Source: Lingula anatina
Lineage: Eukaryota > Animalia > Brachiopoda
Length of the DNA: 64,000 nt
Assembly (NCBI GenBank): GCA_051362555.1
Contig: CM120645.1
Span: forward strand, 23,402,934-23,466,933
Reading direction: 5' to 3'
The position numbers and the translations under genes were made by a program. Below are positions 14,247 through 28,056 of the stretch, one piece after another; position 1 is the first letter of the stretch, and each line of letters opens with the position of its first letter. The notes under the pieces are model-generated. The model ran no database searches. It was not told where the DNA came from and saw nothing but the letters and a program-made list of their open reading frames with translations.

Positions 14247-17012
14247 GACCTGTTCTCCATTCTCTCCACAGCTGGTCCTCTAGCCCTAGCCAGAGAAATC
14301 CTGGGCTCCAATGATGAGCCGTTCTTTGTCCTGAACAGTGATGTGATCTGTGACTTTCCATTCAAAGACATGGCAAGGTTTCACAAGAACCACGGCAGGG
14401 AGGGCACTATTGTGGTAAGGATCCTGGGGGAGGGAGGGGGTTCTGCCAGGGGTCCTCAGTCAGGCAACTGTTTCACAAAAACTCAAGTCGGCTTCCCTGA
14501 CTGAAAAATTGGTTACCAACATTGCTTATTCTCTCTGTGACTAAGTTATGTTCAACAAAGAATCTAAAAGGCTAAGTCACTTAGCTCAGCCTAGTCAACT
14601 ACGAAATTAAGATTCTTTGTGAAATGGGAGCCAGATGTTAAAGCCCTTTTCATGTTTCTTTACAAGTTTGATTGGTCCTAACCGGTAATGTAATTTTTTT
14701 TTTCTGCTCTAGGTCACCAAAGTAGAAGAACCTTCCAAATATGGCGTAGTGGTCTATCACCCAGAATCTGGGAAAATTGACAGTTTTGTGGAAAAGCCAC
14801 AAGAATTTGTCTCCAACAAAATCAATGCAGGTCTCTATATCTTTAGTCCTACCATGTTGAACAGAATACAGGTGAGTTAGCTTATTCTGGGATCCATCTT
14901 GGTGCTATAACGCGCAAAACAGATTAAGTCTGTCTGTGTCTTTTAGATGTAATAATCTGCAACATTGTAATCCAGGATGTAAAAAAACACTTGTGTGGCT
15001 TACGAAGACTAACTAGGACAGAACCAGAACTGCTTCAATCAGTTACTTATTCACGTGCTATGGGCTCATTTCCAGTGAACCATCTTACTATGTGAAAGGT
15101 CCAAATGTGTGGGGACTCTCGCTTAATGCAATCCTCCTGGTGTTGAGTACAGTATATAGAAAAGCTGGTGATTATATAAGTACATTGGAAACAATTGAAA
15201 CATTGGAAACGAGGTGTGTTAATCTGACTGCATTCAGCGAGAGTCCTGGCGGAGTTGGATCGATCAACATAGATGGATAGTTTTATTGGGAATGATCCCT
15301 AAGTCATATCTAGAATATAATTGATGAAATTTAAAATAAGATTTAAGTATTAAATATAATTGGGGATCTAATGTAACTAGCAAGTTTTGGGACTGTTGTA
15401 AATTATAAACCCCCTGCATTTCCACCTGAAGTGTTTTATGTCATTATTTTTTTCCAGCTACGACCAACCTCTATAGAAAAAGAAGTGTTCCCACACATGG
15501 CAGCCGACAGCAATCTGTATGCAATGGAGTTACAAGGTCAGTGGAATTATTCAATGTAACAACATTTTTATGAAGGTTATTTAACATTTAGATGAGATGA
15601 ACACAATTTGTCTGGAACAGAGATAAAATAATAAGATGATAGTGTTTTTATTATCATATATTGCCCTCTGAGAAGTTTTTTTTTCTTTTTGTGTGTGTGT
15701 TTTTGTTAGTTTTTAGTTGACAGCCTTACTCGGAGAGGCATTGACAGATTTTGAATAAATGTTCAGGAAACTTCACGCATTGGCATGCTCTGAATCTGTG
15801 AGATTTTGGTGATAACGCATTAATTGACTAAATAATTAATTAACCCATTAATTGTTATAAGAATGGAACTATCTTTGCTGAGACTCATATTGTTCAAGTT
15901 TAAGGTGGTGGTACATCCTCAGGAGATGTTTATACCTGTCTGTTCCTCTAGTTTTCATTTGGGGTACTTTATTTCTTCAGGTTTCTGGATGGATGTTGGC
16001 CAACCCAAAGATTTCCTGACAGGCATGTGCTTGTATCTGACATCACTAAAACAGAAAGGAGGCCACTTACTTCACCATGGAGATGGAGTGTTAGGAAATG
16101 TCTTGGTGGTGAGAAAATAACTTTATCTATACTGGGTTCTTTAACTTTTGTCAATTAATATGTGCTTTTGTTTTACTTTTGTGGCCTTTTTTTCTGTTTA
16201 TTTGATTATTTTGTTGAAAAAGCTTTAATTTTTTATTGAAATAAACTCTTGGCATAAATTTTTTTAAAAAAATGTTCAATAAAAATAATAATTGCAAAAA
16301 GAAAAAGAAAAAAGTCACATTTTTCAAAGTAGGTACTTGCTTCTAGGTACACGTAGTATCTTTGATTTAAAAATAGACCTGTGTATAAATATGGAAACTT
16401 GACAAATTACAGTTTACACAAATGAAAGAAAAAAGTAAGAGGTGACAACAATCAAGCCCCTGTGTTAATGTTCTAGGACCCGAGTGCCAAAATAGGTCGT
16501 AACTGCAGAATAGGACCCAACGTTACCATAGGACCGGATGTTGTCATAGAAGATGGCGTCTGCATCAAGCGGTGCACTGTACTGAAGGGAGCAGTCATTA
16601 AGTCCCATAGCTGGTTAAACTCGTGTATTATTGGATGGAGGTGTCATGTGGGGAGATGGGTAAGTGCTGCCCCCTATAGAAGGGAGGGGGAGTGAGGTAA
16701 TGTCTTTACACTTTTTATAAAAAACACTGGACACTATTAGGTGCCTAAGAAATAATGCTTACCAGTCTGAAATTAGAAATAGGGACTGTTTGTTTTACTA
16801 AAACACATTAGGGGTAGAGTAGGGGATCTTTATGCATTACTTTAATACTCCTCTGACTGTGAAGATTTTGCTTCTTTCAGGTACGCATGGAAAATGTATC
16901 TGTTCTGGGGGAAGATGTCACTGTCAAAGATGAAATATACATCAATGGAGGAAGAATTCTTCCACATAAATCTATATCAGAGTCCGTACCTGACCCACAG
17001 ATCATCATGTGA
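11547..17012 (+). CDS. GMPPB: Mannose-1-phosphate guanylyltransferase beta (GDP-mannose pyrophosphorylase B), complete, 360 aa
   Basis: Exons 11547-11675, 11976-12056, 12335-12383, 14272-14414, 14713-14871, 15458-15536, 15981-16108, 16477-16659 and 16881-17012 sum to 1083 nt with GT-AG introns. Motifs: [55 protein letters not shown], hexapeptide beta-helix ([16 protein letters not shown]), ending PQIIM*. Confidence 0.98.
12837..14148 (+). mobile_element. Non-autonomous Helentron/HINE (DINE-1-like) element in GMPPB intron 3
   Basis: 5' subTIR TATTGTACCACCAGC (12841-12855) is followed by a partial inverted copy (GCTGGCGGTACA) and a GC-rich microsatellite. A perfect inverted 3' subTIR GCTGGTGGTACAATA (14098-14112) precedes hairpin GAGGCG-GTAT-CGCCTC (14117-14132) and CTAG-TTT. 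The flanks are T-rich. Confidence 0.8.
14195..14246. repeat. (TAT)n microsatellite
   Basis: About 17 trinucleotide units just upstream of the GMPPB exon-4 acceptor. Confidence 0.9.
14460..14634. mobile_element. Degenerate MITE-like element in GMPPB intron 4
   Basis: Imperfect inverted ends CAGGCAACTGTTTCACAAAAACTC / GATTCTTTGTGAAATGGGAGCCAG. Confidence 0.35.
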
Positions 17013-18187
17013 TCATGTGACACTGTCATGTGACCAGGAGGGGCCAATCAGCTGGGCTGTTTGGCATTTTTCCAGTGCAGCTGTTTGCTGATCAATGTGA
17101 TATATGAATATGACCAATTTGAAACTGAGGGGAATTAAACTAATCTTTATGAATTCTTTATTTTTAACTGTAAAGAAAACATCGGCAATGGATATGTTAT
17201 ATTTTCAAGTAGACTTCACGTGAATTCTCTGTTAACCGGTGGTTGTAACTGTAAGTTACCAAGTTTGGATGGAGAAACTGGACGATATGCAAGTACAAGT
17301 ATGATCAAACAATCATGGAATATTTTCAATTAATTTTTTTATACTCCAGTCACTCTCTTAGGGGGGATGCACTATGTGTGCACAGTCTTGGAGTATTTGA
17401 ATTATCATTCTATACAGGTCCTATGGATCAGACACTCACACATGGAGATGAGAATGAAACTTTTTTTGATCCGTGTGGTGCATACCTGTTATTCTATGTC
17501 CTCTGCAGAAAAAGTACAACCCACCTGTTACTAGTCAATTCCTTGGGTACAATATTCTCTCAGAGGTAGCTGGCTAGCAATACAGTAGGGTGCAATTTGG
17601 CTAGCTGTATTATATCTAACTTTTTTATGTGACAGATTCTTGTTTTCTCTTCAGTAGAACAGCTGCAGCTTGTCTATAGTTTGATTTCTTTAGGAAATGT
17701 AAAATAGTCAAATGCAGTTATAGAATACTTTTCAGTTTTGTAGCTTTCCATCAGAATTTATTAAGGTTTTCAGGATGTAAATTGCGTCCATCTTCTGTCC
17801 TGTAAAAACAAATTTTCATCGCACTCCTCTGGTGGAAGATTGACTTGTGCAAACTTTTTATGATATTAAGAGGAGATATGCATACCTAAAGAATTCCAGG
17901 TGAAACAGGTGTCATTAATCATGTGAGTCACCATATACATAAGGTACAGGAATGGCATAATGGAGTTAATTAGGCCATGATATTCAGGGTACTCAGCTGG
18001 AGATTCTTTTCATGTACAGTAAATACTTGATCTTTTCAATGGGCCAAAAATTATCAAACTTTCAGACACATAATTATATAGTCACAAAACTTACAATTTT
18101 GTGTAGCAGTTGTAATGCTTTTACTATATGGTACTATAAAGTAGCCTGCTTTTTAAGTACGTTTCTACTACTCAATATGAATGTTCT

Positions 18188-18271
18188 AATTCAAGAATTT
18201 ATGACTTAAAAATACAGTTTCTGTAAAATTCAAGAATTTATGACTTAAAAATACAGTTTCTGTAAAATTCA
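18188..18271. repeat. 39-bp tandem duplication downstream of the GMPPB stop (probable 3' UTR)
   Basis: AATTCAAGAATTTATGACTTAAAAATACAGTTTCTGTAA x2. Confidence 0.85.
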
Positions 18272-21200
18272 GACGTATCTCCCTTTGAAAAATTGAGTAA
18301 TTACTATAATTCTTTCAAATTAACTGCCCTTGTAATATATATATAAAACTTTCAGAGCTGTGGGCTGATGTTCTTGTGAAAGGGCGGGGGGGGGGGGGGG
18401 GAGGTGACTGCTTAAGGCCTACAACACATGCAACCATACATATGAACATCTGATGGACTTGTAGAAAGAAAAGGCTCACACTTTTTACAGGGGAAAGGAT
18501 TCTTTTCAAAAATCTTTTTTATTTTCAAAGTTTGCTTTCCTTGCAGCCTGCAGCCCTGTCTCTGTTACTCATTTTCTACTCAGATGCTCACAATTGTAAA
18601 GCTTTAGTTCTGGACTGTGATCTTTTCTTGTCCAGGCCTCAGCAAAATTTAGTTAATTCCCTGGCTGAGAACTTAATTACCAAGGTTACACGTTCACATG
18701 GGTACATCTTACCCTATCAGGGGCAGTGTAACAGCACTCTCATGGAAATCCTAGTCAACTAAGCCAGGAAAATTATTATTATTTGTGTATGTTTCTGCAT
18801 GAACCTGGGGCCTGGTTGTAATATATGGTGTGGATATTTTGCGTGCAGAATGGAGAGAACTGCTAAAAAACACCAAACCTCTTTTTTCCTTTTTTTTTAA
18901 ATGGGGTCAGGTAGGAGCTACAGTACTGAAGACCGGATAGATGACAACAATCTCGAATTGTATGAATTCTTATTTCTTCTTTTGTAAAATAAATATTAAA
19001 TACATTTTTAAAGAAAAGAGGGGGTATCTTTTGAGGTATGTCAGTGGGAGATTTTTAGAAAAGTTCATTTTCTTTTTATACGATTAGATAGAGGAGAAGT
19101 AGCTATTCTGTGTGTGTTTTGTTTGTGAAAATTCCATTTTATTTACAGTGGAGACCCCTTCCATTCCACGTCTTTGTCATTTTAGACAAAGATCTTGAAC
19201 TGCAACACTTGGTATGTGATACTATAGATTGAATAGTAGGTGTGGTTTTAACAAAGAAATTTGTGTAGGGCGTGTTTGTGTTCTTTTTGAACAATACCTG
19301 TCAATAAATATCGGTGTTACAATTTAATTAACTTGTCTGTGTTCTGTTCTGAAAGAATCAGTTGTTTTGATTAGTTTGCATTGTTTGCTTTCCCGAAAAA
19401 AAAATACCACAGATTTCTAAAATTAGAATTGTAACGTGCACTTTGAATTTTAAGAATCTAGAATGATCGAGAGAGGTGGGGTCAGTAATGCCAACTGATT
19501 TGCTTGTGACAAGTTGGAAGAAATATTACAAAATCGTAAAAACTCGCACCCAAACCATTTTACTTTTTCGAAAACGTGACACATCTTGAGATAAAGCCCA
19601 GGCGAAGGAATGGGAGGGGGTTGATGTAGAGATCGACATGTAATGGATTAAGAAGAGGATAAAACCTTCCCGTTAGCACGAGGTGCGTGTAAAAATTTAC
19701 CTGCGGCAATTTTATATGGAGAGATTTTTAAACAGTGGTAAAGTTTATATTGGATCTCTTATTGATGAAGGGTACAAGGATCTTTATTAATGTACCGTAT
19801 CTCAACCTTTCACCTTCTGTGTAATTGGTTTTCAAAGTTTGGGACTTCGGCCGAATCGGCCATATTTCAAATTCATTTTAACTCATTAAATAAACATTTG
19901 CTATACGAAGACTTTTATTATTATACTAAACATGAGACGATTGTCTTTTTAAACTCTCAACATGTTACATGATAAGATCCGTTTATGTGTATTCGTTAAG
20001 TTATTGAATTCTGACTAAATCCTCAACGACAAATTGGATATAACCCGTCCTGCCAGATATGTCCTCAGGAGATTTGATCGCCCCCCCCCCCCCTACACAC
20101 ACACACAGACACAATATCTTAAATGTTTATAATTTTCCTCAAGCATATTCTTCGCAACATTGATAGATGAGGGTCAAATGATATTTATGACTCAAAGTTA
20201 AACCTATCGGCGGACTTACATCTTATTCTGCTTTTCCCCCCACAAAATCAAATTTTCCTTGAAAAAGATTGAAAGAAACAAAGAAACCCCCATATTCTCC
20301 TAGTAAAAATCATTGTCCGACCCGTCCCCTATGAACTTGGATTCGACATTCATACCATTTTTAATTAGATCATTTAGCCCTATCAGCTTCTTGTTACGTT
20401 TTGACCGTCATGTCGTCCTGTTCGGTTCAGTGGAAATTATCGGCATCAGGTACCTTATTTTGAGCAGGTTTATTGTTTTAAAGCCTGAATTGGTAAAGAT
20501 ACATGTAAGTAGCTTTTCCTGATCTGTAGGTATAGAAAATAAGAATGATTTAGGGAAGATATCAAACGCGGATAGCATATAGCTTTCTCAGGACGAAAAC
20601 ACCAGACAAACATCACAAAAATCGTGATATTTTTGGAGTAGATTTATTTATTGGTGTCAATACGTGAAATGAAGCTTTTCAAAGCACGAAAAGGATATCG
20701 AGTTTCTCAGTTTGATTTCAATGAACTGTCGTGAACTCCGAGAGAAGCACAAGATCTTTATTATTAGCATGAAAAAACGTAACAGCGTACCCTAAATTAA
20801 TAACCTTGCTGCGCACTGTGTACAACATGCATGTACAGCCAATGATCAGGTTTTACAAAGTCTCCATGTTCATTCCGACATAGAAAGAGTTAAATTTTTA
20901 ATTTTTGAACGCCTGGCAAATGTCATTCAAGAATTTTTAAGAGGAGAGTTGACCCCCCCCCCCCCCCCCCCCCCCCTGTGATTCTGAGCCCCCATGGTAA
21001 CGCAACGGGCGCTATGTACTGGAAGTTCCATTCAACGTCTTGTACATGTACAGTATGTAAAGCCAGTCACCTTGCTCTCTTTATCAGAACTGCTGCATGA
21101 GTGGCAATAGACCAGAAAGAATACCAATGCAGAATGCCAAGGACTTTGGGTTTTAATTCTACATAAATTCTCCTCGATCCAGTATATACTAGCAGCGCAG

Positions 21201-21528
21201 AAAAAGTCAAGGTCTCCAAGATGCGAGCAGGCACTCGTGTTATTATTATTTTCTCTATAGCACATTTCAGTATGCACCCTCACTACCCCCTACCCCCCTC
21301 CATAGCCAGATACATTGCCCTTGTTTTGGGGCATGAATCTCGTTTTAATTAAGCAAATTGTGTATGTGGTCTTGTTCTCCATTTATTCCCACTGCATTAG
21401 AAGTATTATTTTCTCGCAGTGAAATCAAGAAACTATCAACGTCATCATTATTTTCAAAGAACACTTATTTCCTTTTATCGGCAAAAAGTCCAAAAGGTAC
21501 ATACGCGTTTTCAGTTCGCCATATCCAA

Positions 21529-21586
<58 letters not shown>

Positions 21587-22301
21587 GAGCGTACTTGTTT
21601 TAAAACTGAGTGAATCATTTTTCTTAATTTGGCTACTTCCCCCCTTTGCCGATACCATGACTGCTGCTTTAAACAAACACCCATGTCTGTTGTTACTTGT
21701 GACCTTACTTTGTTTAAAAATCTCGCGCGTCTGTCAGGGTTGGAATGCAACAACATATGACCTCATCTTATAAAACAAGGCAGCCAAGGCAAGAGAATAC
21801 GCAGACAGTAAATGCATTAAAAGAGATATGTCAACGGAAACGGACACCTGCGCCATTGTTAGATCTTGCCTTTGGAAAGTACTGAGTCAACACACAGGTA
21901 CCATTCCGTTTGGCAAACTGGAAATTACGCAAGGCGGATATATAACTGATGGCGCCATTTTGGCTCCTCGCCTTCTACTACTGAGGACATAGAGCATGTT
22001 CTTTGAACCTCAACATATCTTGTCTCCCTATGGGCAAGCTTTTTTCCTTAGTCCCCAATTTTATTTTCTTCCAAATGAATTTAATCTACACGGTAAATGT
22101 ACTTGTATTATAAAAAATAGAATATTTTGCAATGAAAATTTTAGCTCCAATCGTAGCATTTTTAAATATCTAACAATCTACCATTTTGGTAAACTTTGTA
22201 GGCATCTTAGGATCCGTGTCAAGGCATACAAATGTTCCCGATTACATATCTATTTGGCAACACTTGGACATAATCTTTAAACAAGACTGTACATGTTTTA
22301 A

Positions 22302-25300
22302 TTAAATGTGGGCCAAATATTTTATCAGAGCACACAAAACAGCAAAAGCAATGCCAAAGACGTGTGGAAAATTTCCGCAAGCTGCAGTAGAAAAGGCAGA
22401 AGCCCGTATTTTGGGGATGGTGTTCGTCCACAGGTCCATTCTCTTTGGAATGACGTCAGATTTGGCACTGATGACGTCACCCAACTCAATGTACTCCTTT
22501 CCAGAGGCTGTGTATTCTGGCCATGTTGTGGAAGGAGAAACTGGTTGATTGGGGTTCCTATAAAACAATAAATTGAAAAGAGCGTGGAATTTTGGTTTGT
22601 CGTTAGACCTAGCTCCACCCTATCTATGCATAGACTGTGCTGTTTTTCCTAACCAAATGTTTTAGAATAATTCTGAAATAAATTAAGTTACATCGTTGAT
22701 AACAACCAATACAAATAATTTATCAAACTATATCGAATCTCCAGCATTTTAAAAATATTTTTTATACTAAATCGAAATAAAATGACTGTCATACCCCGTT
22801 TTCGCAAAGTTTGCCCAATACGTCATCATCTTCTTCGAAAACTCTTTCTCCTCGTCGGTGAAAGTGGCGTTCGGTACCATTGTGGGATGATGCGCGCCCA
22901 TAAGGAACGAAAGATCGTCTGCGTGGTTCGACCGCCGAAACCAAGGGGGCATTGGCGACACGACGTAGCCAAACGATGGTACCTTTGTGAAGTAGTAAAG
23001 ATAGGTGGAGCCACCAGTCGGTGACGCATGCGCCGCTGTAGCGCTTCCCATCGCCCCTGTGAACAACCAATCCGTAAGGATATCAGCGTAGCGGCGGGCG
23101 GTGGTTATGGCATCGGCAGAACTGTCGTAGTACTCCTCTGTCAACACCTCTGCTATTTTGGCTTCGTGTTCGGGAGATATATCTTTGGCCTTCAATGGGA
23201 TCCACTTGTCCCTCAAATCTGCCGGACTCATACCGTTCGTGGCGGTAGGGGGTGTCAAAATGGCCCCATCTCCGTCATTGAACCCGCCCATATAGTCTAG
23301 AGAACGGAAGTGTCTGACAACGTCTGAATCGGCATTTTTGAATACGTCAGAGAGAGATTTCGGGAACATATCACCATCGACCTCAGGGCAATAAAACAAC
23401 AGCCCTGGTACGCCTACGGTAGCTTCAAAGCTGGCGTTAAGGTACGCTTCAGCGTCTGTTTTGCGCAGGCAAGCCAGAAGTTCTGCCCTTTCTGCTGGCC
23501 CGACGTTGCAGTCGACGATCTTGCCGATCTTCATGGAGAGTTCTGGAGATCTTGTCGACCACGCCCAGTCTGCCCAGGCTGAGCCGCTGTGAGGAATGAA
23601 CCGCTGGAAGAGACCCCTGGCGGCGGCGGTAAGGGCAAGCTGAGTGACACTTCCTCCACCGGCCGACTCTCCGAATATGGTAACACTGGAGTAAAGAAAA
23701 TAACCAATTGTACTATTATGCACAAAAACCCATCTTTCAACAGTCTGTACTTGAAATATAACTAGGCCTACATTAAACATCTGCCGTCCGTGTCAATATT
23801 AAGCTGCACCTTGACACCGTGCATGGGAGCTTCAAGCTGGCCCGCAGCGTCCCATATGGGCACAACGCCGTTTGCCGTGAATATATGGGCCCCAAGCCGA
23901 AAGGTACGCCCTATAGATGGATCTCAGAGCAAATCGGATGGTTTGACTACAGTACGTGTCACACACTTCGACCATTTGGCACTAGCTTTAGACATTGCAT
24001 TTGGCGATTAAAAACACATCAAAGTATTCAAACGTGTGTTTATAGCACCGTCGCGCTACTCACTTTGACGACACTGTTTTCTTATTCCTATATTATCAGC
24101 ATTTTAAGGACGTTTATTGAACTAAAGAGCAGTCTTGGTTACTGTGATCATTTAAACTCAAGTTTATAATTGATGTGGTACTTCAGGCACATAAAAGGAA
24201 TCAGAAACTACAAATAAGTTTTAACTTATTATTAAAATAATGTTGGGATGTGCAGCTGTCGCTATAAGAAATTCTCACCGTTGCGGGTCGCCATTAAAGA
24301 TTCTTATGTTAGCTTTCACCCATTTTAGTCCCTCAATCTGATCCCACAGTCCCAGATTACCAGGTGCATTAGTGCCATCTATACTCAGGAAACCAAATGC
24401 TCCCAGACGATAATTTACTGTTACAACGATGATGTTGCCTCTAGCAGCTTATAGGATAGAATAGAAAAAATTATGATATAGTTATAAAAGAAAGCAAAGT
24501 AAAAAAATAGAAAAATAATAAAACATAAAGTGTATGGATTTTCACGAACTGAATCACCATTTGCTTACTTTAATAAAACTAAGGTACGTATATGCAAGGC
24601 CCCAAAATAAGGTTTCAAAGCTAAACTTATATATGTAAATGTGCATGCATGACTTCAACTATAACTATATACTGGGTTATTCATATATATATATATATAT
24701 ATATACATATTAATCGCTATGTCCCGTATCAATTTGACTCACCAAATTCAGTATAATCATAGTGAAAGGTGCCTCCAAAATAATATCCTCCCCCGTGAAT
24801 GAACACCATGACGGCCTTGACACCAGTTGTATTAGGAGCAAACACATTCAGAGTGAGGCAGTCCTCAGATACCTATATATTACAGAAAAGGAAAAGGATA
24901 TAATTACGTAAGCTAAAGATACGGCTTTGTCATGGCTTAGTGTTAGAAGCAGACTTTAGATCACTTATTAGACAAAACTGTTTCACTTCTCACATCAATG
25001 GAAAATTAATGTTTGGCGCTATTTTGGTAAATACATGTTGGAACCGCATTTAAAGCAGAAAACCACCAGGATTTTGCTTTATTACTGGAAAGATTATGTC
25101 GTTTCATCACATTTTTCGAGGAATACTTCCTTCGCCTAGGAGGCCCTGCATGTTTTGCCTTTGTTGGTTTGTCAGTGAAAAGACAAAACTAAAAAAAAAT
25201 TATAAAGATGGATAAATATTTCTACACGGTTTAGAGGTAGGTTAATTGGCTGAAAATCGATCAGATTTTGGTCGCGGTATAAAAATTAATATTCCTTGTT

Positions 25301-26765
25301 TCGATTTTAACCGTCATGTAAAGTACAGTATATATGGGTCTGACAACTGCCACTAGCCTTTGGAGCCCATTTTTTATCCACTGTCAGCTTTGAAAATGAT
25401 GACAACTTTTTATCATTGTGAATGAGCATCACTTGTAAATATACATATTTACACAGAGAGAAAAGTAAACCAATCAGGTCGACTAGCGGGTCACGCCGCG
25501 TTCTGCTTTACTTTATCTCCTGTCCTTAAAGTCTCAAACACCGCAGGTCTAATGTTGTACGTACTAGTAGTTATAGAGGCAGAATTTACATACTTCACTG
25601 ACAGTGAATCTGTGACCGTCATTACTGTAATTTATCAGTTGCCAAATATAAACTTTATTAAGCAGATTTTTTTAAACACTTGCCTCTCGGTCGGACAGGA
25701 TTTTTCAAAATACATGAAAATAATTTTGACACTTGAAAGAGATTGAGACATGGCATGCATTTGTATTATAAACATTATATTGTGAGTTTAAGTGGAATAT
25801 AAATATCATTTTCTTCCTTTGAATGTCCATCTATCATAGTGTTTTTTTTTTTTTTCTGTTTAGAGGATTTTAATGTTGGAAGAGGTTGAGAAGCAAGGCA
25901 TTGAAAACACTGCCTTACCCTGAAAAATCCAGGAATGCCGGTTAAGATAAATATTTAAGACTCATGTTTTTGGAAGTACTTCGTATGTACATCTCTTGAG
26001 CACACATTTCCAGTGAGTAAGAAGTGTTAAAACAGAGCCAAAAATACCGTCCCTGCAAGGATGCATTCTGTCCTTGATATAATGTAGCATGTTGTTGTTT
26101 CGTCAGATAAGTCGAGTTTTGTTGAAATAGGCTCATCGGTTTGATAATTTTGATTTAGCGCAGATGTTCTTTTCTCACATGCTTAATTTTTTTTATGATA
26201 CAGAAAAGTTGATGCCAGCTAGACTGAAGAAAGTGCCAGTTTAAAAATGGTACAGTTGATTATTATATGTCAAAATTAAGCTGAAGTTGTATTAACAATG
26301 TAATAAAAAAATTTTAAATGCCAAAAGACAAATGGGATTTATCCCAATGATTATTGTGTCCAAAAGCCGATGCAAAATTGAACCAAAACAAATGAAAAAA
26401 TATGTTCAAGGTGCTGAGAATTAATATTAGACATATTTCAGTTGATATGATAGATTTTTAATTACCTGTGTTGCATTGGGAAAGCCGAATTCGTTGGGCC
26501 TTTGCATGCAGGACGGTCCATATTTAACGGTCTGTTTAACCCCCGTCCAACTCGCCGGAGGCTGGGGCTTCGCGAATCTGAGGTCACCGACTGGTGGCTT
26601 GGCAAACGGAATTCCCAAAAATGTGTTCACTCTTATCCCGTCCACTGTACTTGAGAATCCCTGTATTGTACCCGTGTTAATGGTGACAGTTGTTTGAGCG
26701 TCCACTTTGGCCACAGCGTTGACCAGAATTACTAACAGAGACAGACGCGATACCCGGGACTCCAT
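22302..26765 (-). CDS. Type-B carboxylesterase / carboxyl ester lipase-like, copy 1 (most divergent), ~581 aa
   Basis: Exons 26466-26765, 24743-24872, 24279-24447, 22795-23685, 22302-22557. Signal peptide, [76 protein letters not shown], and hydrophobic C-tail VFGIAFAVLCALI. Confidence 0.93.
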
Positions 26766-28056
26766 CTTAATGCTGTGGCAGACGAAAACCGTGTGCACGT
26801 TACAGGCCCTGAGGAGCTGAACTTTTCTTTAAGGTCATTAAATACGATGTGGTGAATGTGGACTATGGACTAGCAGAACGCAACGTCTCATTTGTTAACC
26901 TTTAATTAAAGAATGACGACCAGTTTGCTTCTTCAGTTCGTCGTAAGAAAGGAATCATCCTGTATTTTGGTGCAAGAAATTTGACACACTTCTGATCATA
27001 CAGGGAGTGCGGACTGCTATCTATACTTAAAATCATTCACGTAAATAACGACTGTTATGTATGCACCAATACAAGTACGTAGCCGAAAGATACTCGAAAG
27101 TATTCAATCCAAGAACAGAATATAAAAAGGACGTGAGCATATTGAATACCATCTACTTCTGGAACCCATAAATGAGATGGGCGAGATGCCAGTAGACTGT
27201 GGGATGGGTGGAAGTCTGTTTTTGTTCGGGGGGAAAATTATGGAATTTTTTATCCATCTACGTAATTTACACTTTTCTATATACAAGATAACTTTGCCAA
27301 ATATGGTTTGCATCACACATAGAATGAACGATGATTTTCATGAAACGAACCGTCAGGTTGAATGCATTGGTTGAGCAAGTATCTCAAGATGTGACGATTG
27401 TGGACAAGGCTCAACTACCACAATGGCAGTAAGTTCCCAGCATTGTCGCGGTCCTTTAGTTTAATGAATTTCATCTATGTGCACCGAGCACACGCCTTTT
27501 CTCACACAAAATTTATCTCAATATATATTTCCACAAGCTTCAATTCATATAATACTTACATGACGAACGCATTTTTAGTTTTTAAAGGTTTATTGAACCA
27601 GTTGTTTTATCTCATGATGAAACCACATATTAACAACTACAATGCTGTATAGGAGATTTAGAGATTAGATTTGTCACAAACATGACGAATGCAGTAATTC
27701 CGTAGGCAGAATTACAGCAAAAATGTCCTTATTATCAACTTCTCTTTAAAGCTTCCATGGTGAGTTTGTACAAATATGGTAGTTAATTTATGTTTATAGT
27801 TAGTTATTAGTTTATGAACCTGTTCTGCAATAAGAAAAGTAATTAACTGACAGTTAACTGTACCTTTTGTACATTTATGATGTTGATAATTATTGCATAC
27901 ATATATTAACTAATTCGACACGTCAAGAACAGAATCCGTTCAGTAACATCTATACTGTAAATACTAAAATAGTTTTAAATTTAGTCAATCTTGGTTCCAG
28001 TGGTGTGATCAACAGCAGAAAGATTAAGGTAAAGTGCACCTTTTCTATGTTTTAGT

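Noticed and set aside
21358-21756. Poly-Lys/poly-Phe ORFs (also 4211..4543) and the poly-Gly ORF at 2230..2502
   Set aside because: Artefacts of long A/T or G homopolymers.
19440-22250. Possible transposon remnants between GMPPB and esterase copy 1 (similar hints at ~15640-15860 and ~25110-25300)
   Set aside because: Repeat-like composition, but no termini, TSD or coding remnant could be defined by eye.
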